A stretch of 52,056 nucleotides of DNA, the filler included, from Basidiobolus ranarum (lineage: Eukaryota), in assembly GCA_040143965.1 (NCBI GenBank). It is 3 parts of 3 records of this genome, joined end to end, with 100 filler letters (N's around TTAATTAATTAA, not from the genome) between each part and the next. Parts side by side here need not be neighbours in the genome. Positions count along the whole stretch, not along the records: positions 1 to 17,315 come from JASJQH010000308.1; positions 17,416 to 34,709 come from JASJQH010000309.1; 1 more part is not named here. One strand, 5' to 3'. A program made the position numbers and the translations under genes. Shown here piece by piece: positions 9,634-22,011 of the stretch; positions within the stretch are counted from its first letter, which is position 1; each line of letters starts with the position of its first letter. The notes below the pieces were generated by a model. That model saw only the letters and a program-made list of their open reading frames with translations. It ran no database searches and was not told the origin of the DNA.

Positions 9634-10790
9634 ATGAAGAAAGACGGCGAGTAAGAAGGTATCTACTCCATTTTGGATGCTGATTATCGTGATCTGAGTC
9701 TACATGATGCTTTCTTTACAATAGGCAAGATTTCTCTAGCAGAACGAGGGTAAAAAACTGAGCTTGATGAGGGAATTTATAGAAAAGCAAGCAGCATTCG
9801 TGATGCGTTGGACTGTCTGACTGGGAAATAGGTGTTTACATTATTGCCTATCTGGTTTGGCTGGAACTAAGATTAAGTAGATTCTTTCCAAGTATGTTGT
9901 ACGATACTAAGCATGCTGAATACATGTAGAGAAATCCATTTGATTACAATAAATTAACCTTGGCAGGATTAAATTGAAGTATCACCCTTGGATGAACCCT
10001 CGCCCTTTTGGGACTTTGCTGATATTCATCAGCAAGTACGAATGTTCCTGACCGTTCTCATTGAGTTATGTGACGACATGTTGAAGTCTGCTGACCCTGT
10101 CCAACTAGTACAATCTAAAAAAGTCATTTTTACTGGGCGATTCACGAGTAGAACCATTCTGTGTAGGAAACTGGCACTGTTGGAAAAGTTTTGCTCGTGT
10201 GACTGACACAGCTATGTCAATGGTTTTATGAGTTATCAGTGGTGTAATGCAGGGAAATCACAATGGAGTCTACTTTGCTATCTCACCAGATTCTGGGCAA
10301 TCGTTCTACGAACAAGTCCAAATTTTTGATGACGTAGACCATCCTGTGTATCTCAAAATAATTCATTTAATCTCAATAACTGTCTTAACGAAGACCAAGG
10401 AATTGTGACATTGCGCTGCAGAAACAAGCGTTTGCAAAAAGGAGAGGCTGATTCTGGAGATTGCATAATGATGATTGGTTCGGATTAAGTTCATGGTCGA
10501 GGCTCTTTACTCTGAGTATGATCCAAACTACAAATACCCCTCATACAAAAGACCCTTGCCAAACCATGCATTGATCCAGAGCACACTAGCTTTGGTTAGC
10601 CATGCTATATCCATTTGGATTATGCCAAAGTCTTGCAACTCCATCAGACATCTCCAACTATCCACAGCCTAGTTAGTTACCACTTCTACTTGCCTCATAT
10701 CAAGAAGCAACATCTGTATGCGGTACTAAGTAGACTTTCTATAGAGATACTTCAAGTTGTGAGAAGACGGATTATTATAACACTCTTGAT
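9634..10790 (+). pseudogene. Possible decayed coding remnant, unidentified
   Basis: Protein-like stretches on the + strand broken by stops and frame changes (e.g. MKKDGE*EGIYSILDADYRDLSLHDAFF..., DEPSPFWDFADIHQQVRMFLTVLIELCDDML..., FMVEALYSEYDPNYKYP...). No recognisable motif. Confidence 0.25.
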
Positions 10791-11345
10791 CTGACCGTAA
10801 CAAAGATTATCCCGGCCATAAAAAGGATTTGCATCGAAATGAATGACTGATTGTATTAATCCAATATAAGTGCTTGGAAATACTGCTAGAAGCAGTAGAA
10901 TTTGCATCTCCTATAATATATATATATACAACTGACCTTCATGTAGCTAATAAGGTCATAGAATGACTCTCGCTTGCCTTACACAAACTCTTATTAATAA
11001 GGCAACACACACAGTAAAGTTATATATATATATATCTGATTGAAGCTTAAGCATGTATCAAATGGCCAAGGGTGCGTTTGTGCAGATAGTTCCTGCATAC
11101 GGTATTCAAATATAATCACTTTAATATGCAAAACCAAGGAGTTTACATATCCAGTAGTAGTAATATATGCGAGTACACGTGAGTATTCTTTACTAAAAAT
11201 TGATTTAAAGCGTGCTACTTCTAAGTTTTCACCATTGATTTACGTTCATCTCCAACACAATTTTATCAAGGTGGCATTTTAGTTGGCCATTAGCTCTTTG
11301 GATTTACTATAAATTTCATTCGCTGTTCTCTATCAAACGTATCAG

Positions 11346-11864
11346 ATGTTCAAACATATTGGCTTTCTTCTTTCAATCCTTGTATTGGCTATTCACGTCA
11401 TCAATGTTCAATCCGTTCAGATATTGGACATTGCTGAATGCCGTACTTGCTTTGCAGCATTAGCTCCAGGGTGTAAAGATAAGATGTCTAGTGCCGACTC
11501 CAGTTCGAGTGCTGGAACGATTGCAATGAAAGATTGCATGTGCACGAAGCAATACTTTAATACGTTTACCGCTTGTGGTACATGTTCCGCAAAGTCGATG
11601 AACTCTAACGCTGTTCCTGATCAAACTGCTTTAGATGGTCTACGTCAATCTTGCGCTACCATTGGAGCAAATGTTGATCAAAATACACCCAGCACTACGA
11701 ATAATGGGAGTAGCACCCCAAGCCCTAATGGTGGAGGCAATGGACAAAGCCAGAACAATGCAAGCAACTCCAATAATGGACGTAATGCGGGTAATACTAA
11801 GTTTGCCAATGCTCAGGAACTCCTCATGATTTTATCTTTTGCTTTGATCGCCCAACTTTATTAG
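11346..11864 (+). CDS. Small secreted Cys-rich, probably GPI-anchored cell-surface protein (CFEM-like layout)
   Basis: N-terminal hydrophobic signal (MFKHIGFLLSILVLAIHVINV), a domain with 8 Cys (CxxC...C...CxC...CxxC...C), an N/S/G-rich linker and a hydrophobic C-terminus (LLMILSFALIAQLY). Confidence 0.8.
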   Translation: MFKHIGFLLSILVLAIHVINVQSVQILDIAECRTCFAALAPGCKDKMSSADSSSSAGTIAMKDCMCTKQYFNTFTACGTCSAKSMNSNAVPDQTALDGLRQSCATIGANVDQNTPSTTNNGSSTPSPNGGGNGQSQNNASNSNNGRNAGNTKFANAQELLMILSFALIAQLY

Positions 11865-12212
11865 AGGGTTTAAATATCCTTCGAATTGCCAACATTCATT
11901 TAAGTCTCATTTATTTAAGTATTTTATCTCTTCGCGATAGAAAAAGGATTTTCACCTAAACCTAAATATATTAAAATAAACATATACCCTAATTTTACTT
12001 CGATCAAAACTTTTCAATTAATTTGACATCAGTGACACTTATCTATAAACTAGTAGTAAGATATGTGAAAGAAAAGGATATCAAACAGCCTTTCAGAGGG
12101 GACACTATTAGCTACGTATATTCTTCTACAAGAACAACCGATACTTGAATAGGTATATAAGCCTCTAAGGATCCAAGCACTACAGTAACTAAACTTCTCT
12201 GATTATATTAGC

Positions 12213-12772
12213 ATGAAGCTTTCCATCTTCTTACTTGTCTCTCTGGCAATATTTGTCTACGCTGATATTTCCATTTACGCGCCTGGTAATAATGCGATTG
12301 ATGCGGGGTCTAAGGTAGCTATTAAATGGTAAGAAAGTGGATTTATTGTTGACTATGAAGGGGCACTAAAGTTGTATTTTCATTTAGGGAAGGTGAACCT
12401 AAGAACACTACCAAATCAGTTAACTTGGATTTGATGACTGGTAGCTCTTCACATTTTACAGAAGTTAGCAAAATTACAAAAAACTTGGGTTCGGGGAATC
12501 GCTCGTTCACTTGGGAAGTTCCTAAGGATATAGCGTCCGGCCGATACGTCATTAAAATGTCAGGTAAAAAAGACGAGGCATACTATGGAAGTTATTTTGA
12601 GATCAAAAATCCGGCTCTACCTGAAAAAACCACTACTCCTGAAGCATCAAAAGAATCCAAAAAACCTGGTCAAGTGGAAAAATCCAAGAAATCTTTCGGA
12701 AATATGGTTTCCGTAGCCACCTTCAATCTTACTCTGGGTATATTTTGTTTCTCCTACTTGCTCAACCATTAA
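12213..12772 (+). CDS. Secreted Ser/Thr-rich GPI-anchored family protein (Kre9/Knh1-N-like beta-sandwich), 1 intron 12329-12387
   Basis: ATG 12213 MKLSIFLLVSLAIFVYA signal peptide. A GTAAG...TTTAG intron of 59 nt restores the frame (IKW|EGEPKNTTKSVNLDLM...FTWEVPKDIASGRYVIKM...SYFEI). Hydrophobic C-terminus. TATATAA at ~12154. Confidence 0.8.
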
Positions 12773-15165
12773 CCATACGATATGTACTTTACTCGGACGC
12801 ATCTATGTAGGAGAAGGGGGTGAAGGAGCAGGCAATGTTATATCCCAATCGTACCTCATCTATCACCAAGTCATTACTCAACTAACTTACTTCATCAAAT
12901 GATGCTTTGAAGATCGTATTTCGAAGGATTTCCTAAATTTGATATGATTAGTAAAATAAATGACGAAGTACCAGCTGATGGCATCGAATTCTTTAAATAC
13001 ATGGCTCTCAATGATTGTATTTCTTCGGTGAACCTACAATTAGAGATAAACATCAGCTGAGTATATCCGTGAATGAAGCAGCATCTATTAGGAGCAACGG
13101 CCGTTTCTTCATAGTATGGAGTAACAAATCCAGGTACCTGTACTAACTACTAAAACGTCCAGTTTGGAATGCAGGAGAGTTGTCCAACATTGAGAGGGTT
13201 GTAGTGTTCTCTATATCTGATTGTAAGCAACGAAAGCGCACGAAGATGAGCAACTACCTGAGTATCTCCTATTTGGAATGCTTTGTTTTAGATAGTGAAT
13301 TTAGTAAATGATGAAAACGAGTCGGAATTTTATTTGTGTGGTATCAACCCTATATTTACACTATTTGGTAACTTGCGGTTGGTACGAATTAACGGTTGAT
13401 CTAGTTACCCTAGATGTTATATTGAAGATATCATGGTTATTGGTCGAGGTAAATACCTGAGGGCTAGCCAGAGCTATTACCAATTTACTTGGTTGGCAAA
13501 GTCTAAAACTTACAATCTATGTCTATAATTTTTACATTCAACAAGATCTACCGCATATAGAGATCTCAGTAAAAGGCCTGCTATTCTATTTGGAATTTAG
13601 ATATCTTATGAGAGGTGAAAGGCGATATGTGTACTTGGCTCTGTTCAACTTCATTTCTATCTCGCTCAACGAAATTAAACACATAAGCTTCAACGACACC
13701 TTGTACTCGAAATAATGCCTAGAATACAAGAGCATATAAAATAGATATGCATTGTGCTATTTCTGATATATATCTGCAATCATCCTGGACACCTTAACCA
13801 AACTTGTTTTCCGCAGTTCAAAAAAGCGCCCCAAAAGAGGCTATTGCCCTACTATTTCTTATGATGACTGTTGAACATTTCTAGGCGAGCCAGTAAAAAA
13901 AGGTAGTTTGTCGACCTTCCTAGCAATCTCAACTGCATTATGGTAAACAAATCACCAGGGGTATATGGGGGATCCACCGGATAGTGATTCTGGAGAGAAT
14001 CTGATGGGAAACATTGTTTCTCTACCAGACTGAGGTGGAGAGCCAACAGAGTTGGTGAAGTGTGCGATTATCTCTCAAAGCAGAAACAAGATTAGTGCCA
14101 ACCAAAGCGTATAGCGTGGTTTCAAGCTTGGTGGGGTGTCATCAGGTTCGAAAATTTGCCCAAGTGAACCCGAATAACGGTAGTGCGGGACTCCATCTCA
14201 ACAAGACTCTTGTATATAGGCACGATACACATTGTTACCGTAATTTGAGGACCTCGCTTTTCTCGGTGGTCCCGAACTAACATTTGCAACACTGGTGTTA
14301 CTGAGATGTATTTCAAGAATATGCAACCTGCTGTTGGCAACGAGACGAGCTTTGGGTTGAGAGTTGTTTTACGTCCAATCCAGTAGCTCAATTTTGGAAT
14401 AAGCATTTAATTCGCTTGCCACTCAACAGCCATCAAGGAATGTCTCTGAAAAGTCAACAGCAGTGGCAGATCAAAACGAGTGTGTAGTAGATTGGAATGA
14501 TTTGTGTAATTCATGGGGTTGGCTAAACCAAAAGCTGAGGATGAGTCATACTGATGTTTAAACCGTTTCATGCAGGACATAAATAAGAACCACAGTCCAT
14601 CAACCAATGGGTTCTGCGGAACCATCAGTATATAACAAGCACGCGCCAGCATCTCACCCAAAGCAACTCTGAAGATATTCACTTGCAATTACCACTGTAG
14701 CCATTGTCATCGCTTCGCTTGATCAGACACTAGATTGATTCGATTCCTTTGGTTGATTTGCCACAGTCAATTAAACAAGAAACGAATTCTGAGATTGCAC
14801 CTGCATATTGTCTGTATTCCGACTACTAATCTTGCAACAAATGACAGCATTTATTCAGAAACTCTTGACATAGTTAGACATCAACCAGTTTTCACCAGGA
14901 ATTTCTATATATTCAAGCACCAGATTTGGTCACCCATTTAGCCCCTTCATCACCTGGCCCACAACACGTCTCTGCGAATTGATTACGAGGCGACCTCACG
15001 TGGAGACCGAACTAGTACCTTTTGATTCGTATACTTCAACACTTTAAAAGCTCTCTTACATACTATTCTGTTCTCTCAGCGGAAAACACAGCCACGCATA
15101 TCGATTAATTAGCTCACCATCACCCCTCCCGCTAGGTGTTCAACCTTGAACTTCAAGCCGACAAC

Positions 15166-15948
15166 ATGACGATCTATTTGAACTTGCAATGCTACAAACG
15201 ACTCTTGAGCGGACTAACTGCACACGGGAAATCCGATTTGATTCTCACTTATTTAGATACGTTACAACAGCCATTCGAGAATTTCAATTTATCTGAGGGC
15301 TCGCGCAGAATCAGAGACTTACCAAATGCTGGTGGTAACTCCATGTTCTCTGAAGTCCTCTCTTATGAACTACTGTACAGACTTTTGCCAGATTTAAATT
15401 TATTTGCCACCGAGATGGAAGTACGTTACTTTCCTAGAGGTGGGCCAATGACCGATTATTTGGTGTCGCTAAATGCCAGTCACCAAAATCAAGGTCTTCA
15501 CCCTACCATAGGGGTGTCTGTGACACGTGCCTTTGCATTTCGACGTCAATTCACCAAGTCGGATGCCCTACGTATATTACGTAAGAAATTGCTTGGGGTA
15601 ATCAAATCCACACGAACAGTAATTGGCTGTGAACTGAAGAAACAACTGCTACACATTTGGGCACCCACTGGGTCTGTGGCAAGACTAGTCAGAAGAATAT
15701 TCTGGGGACTGGAGGATGAAGTTAGATCAAATACCTTTGTTATAGTAACCGTTGTAAATAGTGATTGGGTATTCACCAGTGGGAGTACTGGGCACCCAAC
15801 CACATTGACAAAGAAACGAGCTCACTCCAGAGATCATGACACTTTAGAGCGAAGAGATGACACCAAGAATCGACCTTGGGATCGCCGCTACGCATTCAAA
15901 AACTCCTTTCGAAAATGGGTTTTCCCTTCAAATTTTCAACTGTTCTGA
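15166..15948 (+). CDS. AAC4-like protein (Dictyostelium AAC-rich mRNA clone AAC4 family), function unknown
   Basis: Motifs NAGGNSMFSE, TEMEVRYFPRGGPMTDY, IGVSVTRA, KKLLGV and KQLLHIW match my recollection of the AAC4 family. First ATG is 15166; an upstream exon via the acceptor at ~15135 is possible. Confidence 0.72.
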   Translation: MTIYLNLQCYKRLLSGLTAHGKSDLILTYLDTLQQPFENFNLSEGSRRIRDLPNAGGNSMFSEVLSYELLYRLLPDLNLFATEMEVRYFPRGGPMTDYLVSLNASHQNQGLHPTIGVSVTRAFAFRRQFTKSDALRILRKKLLGVIKSTRTVIGCELKKQLLHIWAPTGSVARLVRRIFWGLEDEVRSNTFVIVTVVNSDWVFTSGSTGHPTTLTKKRAHSRDHDTLERRDDTKNRPWDRRYAFKNSFRKWVFPSNFQLF

Positions 15949-16386
15949 AAATAAGGGTTGTTACAGTATCCTACGGAGTATCTCAGTTACCCTCTGTGCC
16001 ATCGATGTTCCTTGAAGTCGAAGAGCAACCACTTCGCGGGGCGCAGTTGTTGTCGATGTAGATATAATAGAATTGGATGTCTCTTAAGAACCCTCTTCCC
16101 TACCCTATTACTATCCTTCTCTGATATCAACGTATCTTGTACATCTCATCAATTACCTACGTTTTCAGTTTAAAGTACATATTTATAGCAACGCGTCATC
16201 CGTAAGTGTAATAATTCTTTATTAGTCTAATAACCATTAGTATTTAATCTTCAACCATGCTGTAACTTATCCTCAATCAAACTATCATATTCAGAGAACA
16301 ATCTAAGTGTAATAACACGGTAAATGGAAACATATTTTTGATACAGGTGCATATGCAAAATTCGAGAACATTAGAATTAATATAAA

Positions 16387-17315
16387 TTAGAAGTAAATAT
16401 AACATGCTGCGGATAGTGTGACGAATAAAGAGAATGCGCTCATAATAGTGATGGAGTGAACTTCACTCTTGAGGGTAGAAGTAATGTCCTTATGGCCAGA
16501 GTCCGTACCGCTGCGAGAAGTTGTATTATTTCCTTCAGCCACATGACTAGGGACTGTACTACTCATGGGGACTTCAGTCACATGCCTAATGACGGTACTA
16601 CTCATGGGGGCCTCAGTCACATGACTAGTGACGGTACTACTCATGGGGATTGAAGCAGTGCTGTGACCGCCGTGACTGACACTTGCACGGGTACTAATGC
16701 TGGTACCCTTAGTGGTGATGGAAGAACTTTTACCGGCAGATGTTAGGGTGGAAGTGGGACTGTTATCAGTGCTCTCATTGGTAGAGGTTGTACTGTTATT
16801 AGTGTTCTCTGGTTCACTAATAACACCATGATAAGTGGGAGTTACGACAGCTCCTAATCCGTTGAATTTACAATATTCTGCTTTCTCACCATTCTTCTTA
16901 TAGTATTCATTGAATATATACGAAAGACGTTGATCAGCGCTACAGCCAGCGAACTCTCCATAGACACCGTCTGTAGTATCAGCGATTGCTGCACAGGAGA
17001 TTTTTCCACACAAGAAACTATAGAAACCCTCTATTTGAGTTCCAGTAACGGTGTTACTTCCAGGTGAATAAACACATTTGAGTGAAGCAGCCATTTCAGA
17101 GCACATTTTTTTAGAAGGTGTAGGTGGAATATTTGAACTGGCAAGCCAGTTGGGACCAGCTGCTGGGCATGTGCTTGGCTTAAGATCGGATGTGTAGGCA
17201 GACATTTTCAAGACACTGGGATCAACACCGGCTAATTCATTCTTAAAATTCTGATAACAAGGTCTTTCAGTGATTGTTCCTTCAGGTCCAATTGTAACCA
17301 ATCCATAGTTATTCG
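16387..17315 (-). CDS. GH72 beta-1,3-glucanosyltransferase (Gas/Gel family), 3' part only: end of catalytic domain, X8/CBM43 Cys box, Ser/Thr tail, GPI signal
   Basis: NNYGLV...YQNFK, CP...W.AS..PPTP...C...LKC, C..I......G.YGEF.GCS..QRLSYIFNEYY...CKFNG pattern, a Ser/Thr-rich stalk and a hydrophobic C-terminus. The 5' part is lost in the gap. Confidence 0.88.
16534..16650 (-). repeat. 39-bp (13-aa) coding tandem repeat x3 in the GH72 stalk
   Basis: PMSSTVTSHVTEA / PMSSTVIRHVTEV / PMSSTVPSHVAEG. Units on the + strand start at 16541, 16580 and 16619. Confidence 0.9.
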
Positions 17316-17415
17316 NNNNNNNNNNNNNNNNNNNNNNNNNNNNNNNNNNNNNNNNNNNNTTAATTAATTAANNNNNNNNNNNNNNNNNNNNNNNNNNNNN
17401 NNNNNNNNNNNNNNN
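17316..17415. other. Artificial contig linker/gap
   Basis: 44 N + TTAATTAATTAA (17360-17371, stops in all six frames) + 44 N. Confidence 0.97.
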
Positions 17416-18089
17416 CCTATTTAGAATATAGGGGCTATAGATACGTTGCTTTCTGTTTCTGATATATGTATCATAACTAAAGTTAACTATGATGTTGAAT
17501 AAAGATTAATTATCCAACAATAATGGATAGAATCTTAGTGAATTATAAGATAACTAAGTACTAAGCTATATATGACTATATAGGTGTTTAGGCAATGCTA
17601 ATTTCAACAGAGAATGCTCAATATATCGGCCTATTGTTAAATGATTGAGGAGACTCGATATTCCATTTGGATAAGTAGAAGAAATATATGATTTTCACTT
17701 TCCATTCATCCATGTATGTACAACAACATAGATGGGTCGGCCGGAGATGGAAGTCATTATTTTGGTAGAAGTCATGCAAAGGGTTTGAATGAGATACTCA
17801 CCCACTCATATTAGAGTGGAAATGAGTATGTTCTGGGTTGACCGAGAACAGCTAATTAATGTCAGTGGGTAAACAACGCATGTAGCAAATGCCAATTTTG
17901 GGCTCAATATTCATATACGATAATCATTTGACTTGAGCTCAGCAATTTATAACATAACGAATTTCCAGTAGCCAATCACGTTTGGCTGTTCTCGTGATCG
18001 TGTGACTCTTGGCACAGCTTTGGGGAGACATAATAATGAAGGAGTGTATCTTGACAAAGCCACCATTTGTGATAACTCAAGCATATTCT

Positions 18090-18772
18090 ATGTCACAACA
18101 ACTCGCTACCAACATCACCTGGCATGAAGGAAATGTACCTCGTGAAGAACGGGAGAGAATATTGCAACAGAAAGGTTTGACCATTTGGTTCACTGGCTTG
18201 TCTGCTTGTGGGAAGTCAACCATTGCAATAGCTTTGGAACAACATTTACTTCATAATCATATTCCAAGTTATCGTTTAGATGGTGACAACATTCGCTTTG
18301 GTCTGAACAAAAACCTGGGCTTTTCTCCAGATGATCGTACCGAAAATATTCGTCGAATTGCCGAAGTAGCCAAACTGTTTGCTGATTCTACTACCGTAGC
18401 CATAACTAGCTTCATCAGCCCCTATAAAGAAGATAGAGACAGTGCACGTGCTCTTCACAGTGCAGCAGGTTTACCTTTTGTCGAGGTATATGTGGAGTGT
18501 CCTTTGGATATTTTGGAGCAAAGAGACCCTAAAGGCCTATACAAGAAAGCACGAGCGGGCGAAATAAAAGGTAACAACAATAGTAATATCATTTTCAGTG
18601 GAATAACTTATTCATCTGTATTGTAGAATTCACTGGTATCTCAGCTCCTTACGAAGTGCCCGAATCTCCTGAAGTACACATCCGCAGTGATCAGATAAGC
18701 ATCACAGAGGCTGTTAAAAAAATAGTAGAATACTTACAGGAGCATGGCTACGTTTCCTCGCGTCAACAATGA
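18090..18772 (+). CDS. MET14: Adenylyl-sulfate (APS) kinase, 1 intron 18571-18626
   Basis: [10 protein letters not shown]-loop [55 protein letters not shown]. Stop at 18770-18772. Confidence 0.96.
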
Positions 18773-19570
18773 GAGTGCATAAATCCAGTATCACCTCACA
18801 CGCACACTCACCCTCACATTTCATGAATATATATCAATAAAGTATATCCATACATTGGATTATCACTCTACTGCTTTGTTACCTCCTCTGTCATAAATCA
18901 GAATTGAGCTAGATTGGGGAGGATTAAGAGAGGATTAGTGCTGGCTTGAGCAAGAATTGTGTTGAAGAGTAGTGAAAGTTAGGGTTAGGTCTTGGGCTTG
19001 GGCTGGCACCCAAACCTATCGTTGGCTTGCCCTTTTTTAGCACGATTTCAGATTCATTTGGCTAGCAGTAATCAGTTTGGGTAATCCATTTGGTCGGTGC
19101 TTATATAAAACGATTTGCCATATTACTGTATGGAATACCGTATATTAGCACATGAGCACACAAATGACATGGAGTAGAGTGCTGGATATTGCTCGAATGT
19201 GGAATGAAAATTTTTCGAAATTTACGCATTCTATGATTCGCCTAATTTATTCCGATGAATCTTTCCGATCGGATTTCCTTGCTGAGCTGTCTTTGGCATT
19301 TTCGTTTTAGCTATTTTACCTGTCCTTACTTCCACTAGCTTAATTCTGTCTCTACTCCTTTAATTCCTGTTTTGATTTTTATAACTGCACTCTTGACTGT
19401 TTCTGTTATAGTTAGTTATATACATTAATATTTAAATCATTTCTTCTTTTTTCTGTGTTCTCACTCTAAGGTAAACTTACACATATACCTTCTCTTGTCA
19501 CCATATCTTTATTTCGGTACCATTCTTATTGACATCTTTATATACTTACTCGGGTTTTTGCTTTTCTTCC

Positions 19571-20915
19571 ATGAAGATCAATATGGCCGAAACAGTTGTA
19601 ACCCAAGTGAGAGAACAAAGTGACACTTTCGCGAGTATTATCACACAGGTTTCACCCATCGATTCAAATCAAAAGAGTTTCCTATCACGCCAAGGTAACT
19701 CGATTTTCTACTTGAAAATTAGTTTCCATCTTTTTTGGAAGACATTTAAGTTGATATCTACGAGAGGGCCCATATTTAAACTGTAAATCTATCACAACCC
19801 TCGATTCCTAGTCGGACGTGATATTGGATGGATTTACGTGAATACATTGTACCTTCTTTTGCGAGAATCAACCACTTTAATTGAACCAAACATTTATTTA
19901 AGCTCTATTCTTTGAGGCAATGTTACCTTATTTCGTGTGTACTCAATTGGCTTATTTAAATTGTAGATGTCGAACAAGAAACCGTTAGCTCCCCCATTGT
20001 GGTCTCTTCAGAAGATACTTTGATGGTGTCGGAGCTTAATGATACTGCTATGGCTTCTCTTCAAGTATGCATACATTAAGCAGGTCACTTATTTCGTAAA
20101 TCTCATTCTAAATCATATCCTTCTTAGTCAACACTTCAAGCTCCAGGTAAAGATCTACTACCACCCTTAGCGCTTAAGGATGTTGGAAAAAAGTGCCTGG
20201 TTTTAGATTTAGACGAAACTCTTGTGCATAGTTCTTTCAAGGTTTGTATTGAACTCTTTAGTCGATAAATGGAGTAGATTTCAGTTTGATTTAACACACG
20301 TAATTATCTTAGCCTGTCGCTGAGGCTGACTTCATCATACCTGTTGAAATTGAGGGTCAAAGTCATAGCGTTTACGTAATCAAACGACCAGGAGTGGACG
20401 AATTTATGAGAAAAGTCGGGGAGTTATATGAAGTAGTTGTTTTCACCGCTAGTGTGGCCAAGGTAACCTTATTGAATGAATGGAAGTCCAAAGGCATGTT
20501 TTACTCACCAGTAGTTGAATTTAGTATGCAGACCCAGTTCTCGACAAGCTGGATATTCATGAGGTTGTAACGCATAGGCTGTTTAGAGAAGCATGTTATA
20601 ATCACCGTGGAAACTATGTTAAGGTAACTTTGGAAATATCCTTTGTCATGTGTACTTCGGTGAGTGTACTTACTAAAATCGAAATGTATTGAAAAGAATC
20701 TATCACAGCTTGGCCGCGACTTACGGCAGGTTATAATCATCGATAACTCACCCACCAGTTATATCTTCCACCCAGCAAATGCTGTACCGATCACTTCGTG
20801 GTTTGATGACCCACACGACACAGAACTAATAGATTTAGTCCCCTTTTTAGAAGATCTAAAGGATGCAGACAACGTCCCGTTGATTTTGGATAACATAAAT
20901 AGCAACCCCAATTAA
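19571..20915 (+). CDS. FCP1/SCP-family (Psr1/Psr2, CTDSP-like) HAD phosphatase, multi-exon
   Basis: SIITQV N-terminal motif, [18 protein letters not shown] (~20190-20241), [43 protein letters not shown]. Several GT-AG introns. Start could be 19571 or 19583. Confidence 0.92.
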
Positions 20916-21320
20916 CCGTCTTATTCATTTCCCTCTCTTCCCCTTCCCCCTCCCCCTCCCCTTTCCTCATATCCGTAACTAATATTGATGCTTCCATTTT
21001 TCATGTCCCTAATTTTCTTTGTTGTATTGTAAAACTACATTTGGTTTGGTCAAGTTACATCACTTGATCATGTTGATACTAGTAAAATTCCATCTTTATG
21101 TTTTATATGTATCTCTATTATAAATTCCATCTTTATATGTCTCTATTATACTGAAGATTTACCCTAATGCGCCATCGGGGAATGAGTAGGGGCGTGTCAC
21201 CTTACAAATGGCTATCACGCACCCATTTATCACGCATTGATTTTCCAATTTTACCAAGTGAATAATCAAGAATCACTATATAAACCGACTCACTCCTTTC
21301 CATCGATATCCCCCTAAATA

Positions 21321-22011
21321 ATGGCTTTTGACGGCTCTTTCCCAGACTATTATAGCGTTCTTCATATAACGGAAGATGCAACCGACGAAGAGATTCGGGA
21401 AGCCTATAAAATCGAGGCTTTAAGAAACCATCCAGATAGAAATCAGGAAGATGTGGAGGCAACTAGAAAGTTTCAATTAGTCTCTGATGCTTATTTTACT
21501 CTTAGTGATTCTACACGTCGTTCACAATATGATAAAGCAAGACGTAGTCGAGCTAAAAGTGGTCAAAGTTGGACTGGCCAGTCACAAAACCCACCTACTG
21601 CAGACGAGACTTTTGGTAGTGTCTTTGAAGAGATTTTGAAACCAGAGGTGGAGAACCCAAAATGGTTTTATACACCTTTGGGTTCTGTAGCTGGTGGTGT
21701 ATTAGGTTTTATTTGTGGTAGTTTACCAGGTGCACTAATGGTAAATATTTCAGAATTTCCTTTTGAAAATCCGACAATCTCTACTTTTATAGGAGCTAAA
21801 TAAAATCTTTTATGTTAGGGCTCTTTTGCCGGAGCTAAACTAGGAGGGATCCGAGATAATAAAGGTCAGTTTTATACGCAGTCAACGCTAATCGTCTTAA
21901 ACTTATAGAAACGTTATTGTAGGGATGTCGGTATATGATGCCTTTATGAAGTTACCACAAACGCAGAAATATGCGATCTTACAAGCTTTAGCAGCTAAAA
22001 TGCTCAAGTAG
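21321..22011 (+). CDS. DnaJ (Hsp40) domain protein with C-terminal Gly-rich hydrophobic segment, 2 introns
   Basis: DYYSVL...IREAYK...HPD...FQLVSDAYFTLSD..RRSQYD. Spliced tail GALM|GSFAGAKLGGIRDNK|GMSVYDAFMKLP...MLK* with the stop at 22009-22011. Confidence 0.9.

Noticed and set aside
10310-10319. GAACAAGTCC matching the MITE right TIR
   Set aside because: No left TIR or internal similarity ~180 nt upstream; likely chance.
13852-14941. Several 60-95-aa ORFs on both strands
   Set aside because: No recognisable motif, consistent strand or splice model.
17360-17371. TTAATTAATTAA palindrome as a biological site
   Set aside because: An identical copy centred in both N runs marks it as a synthetic six-frame stop linker. 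It also supplies the false stop of ORF 34762..35319.
17794-17829. Imperfect hairpin ATACTCA...ACTC-loop-GAGT...TGAGTAT upstream of MET14
   Set aside because: Single short occurrence with no TSD or second copy; cannot support a function.
17970-17990. Cbf1-type site in the MET14 promoter
   Set aside because: The sequence is TCACGTT, one mismatch from TCACGTG; too weak alone.
18090-18772. APS kinase as a sulfation partner of the NRPS cluster
   Set aside because: It lies across an artificial linker, is an ordinary intron-containing MET14, and no sulfotransferase is present.
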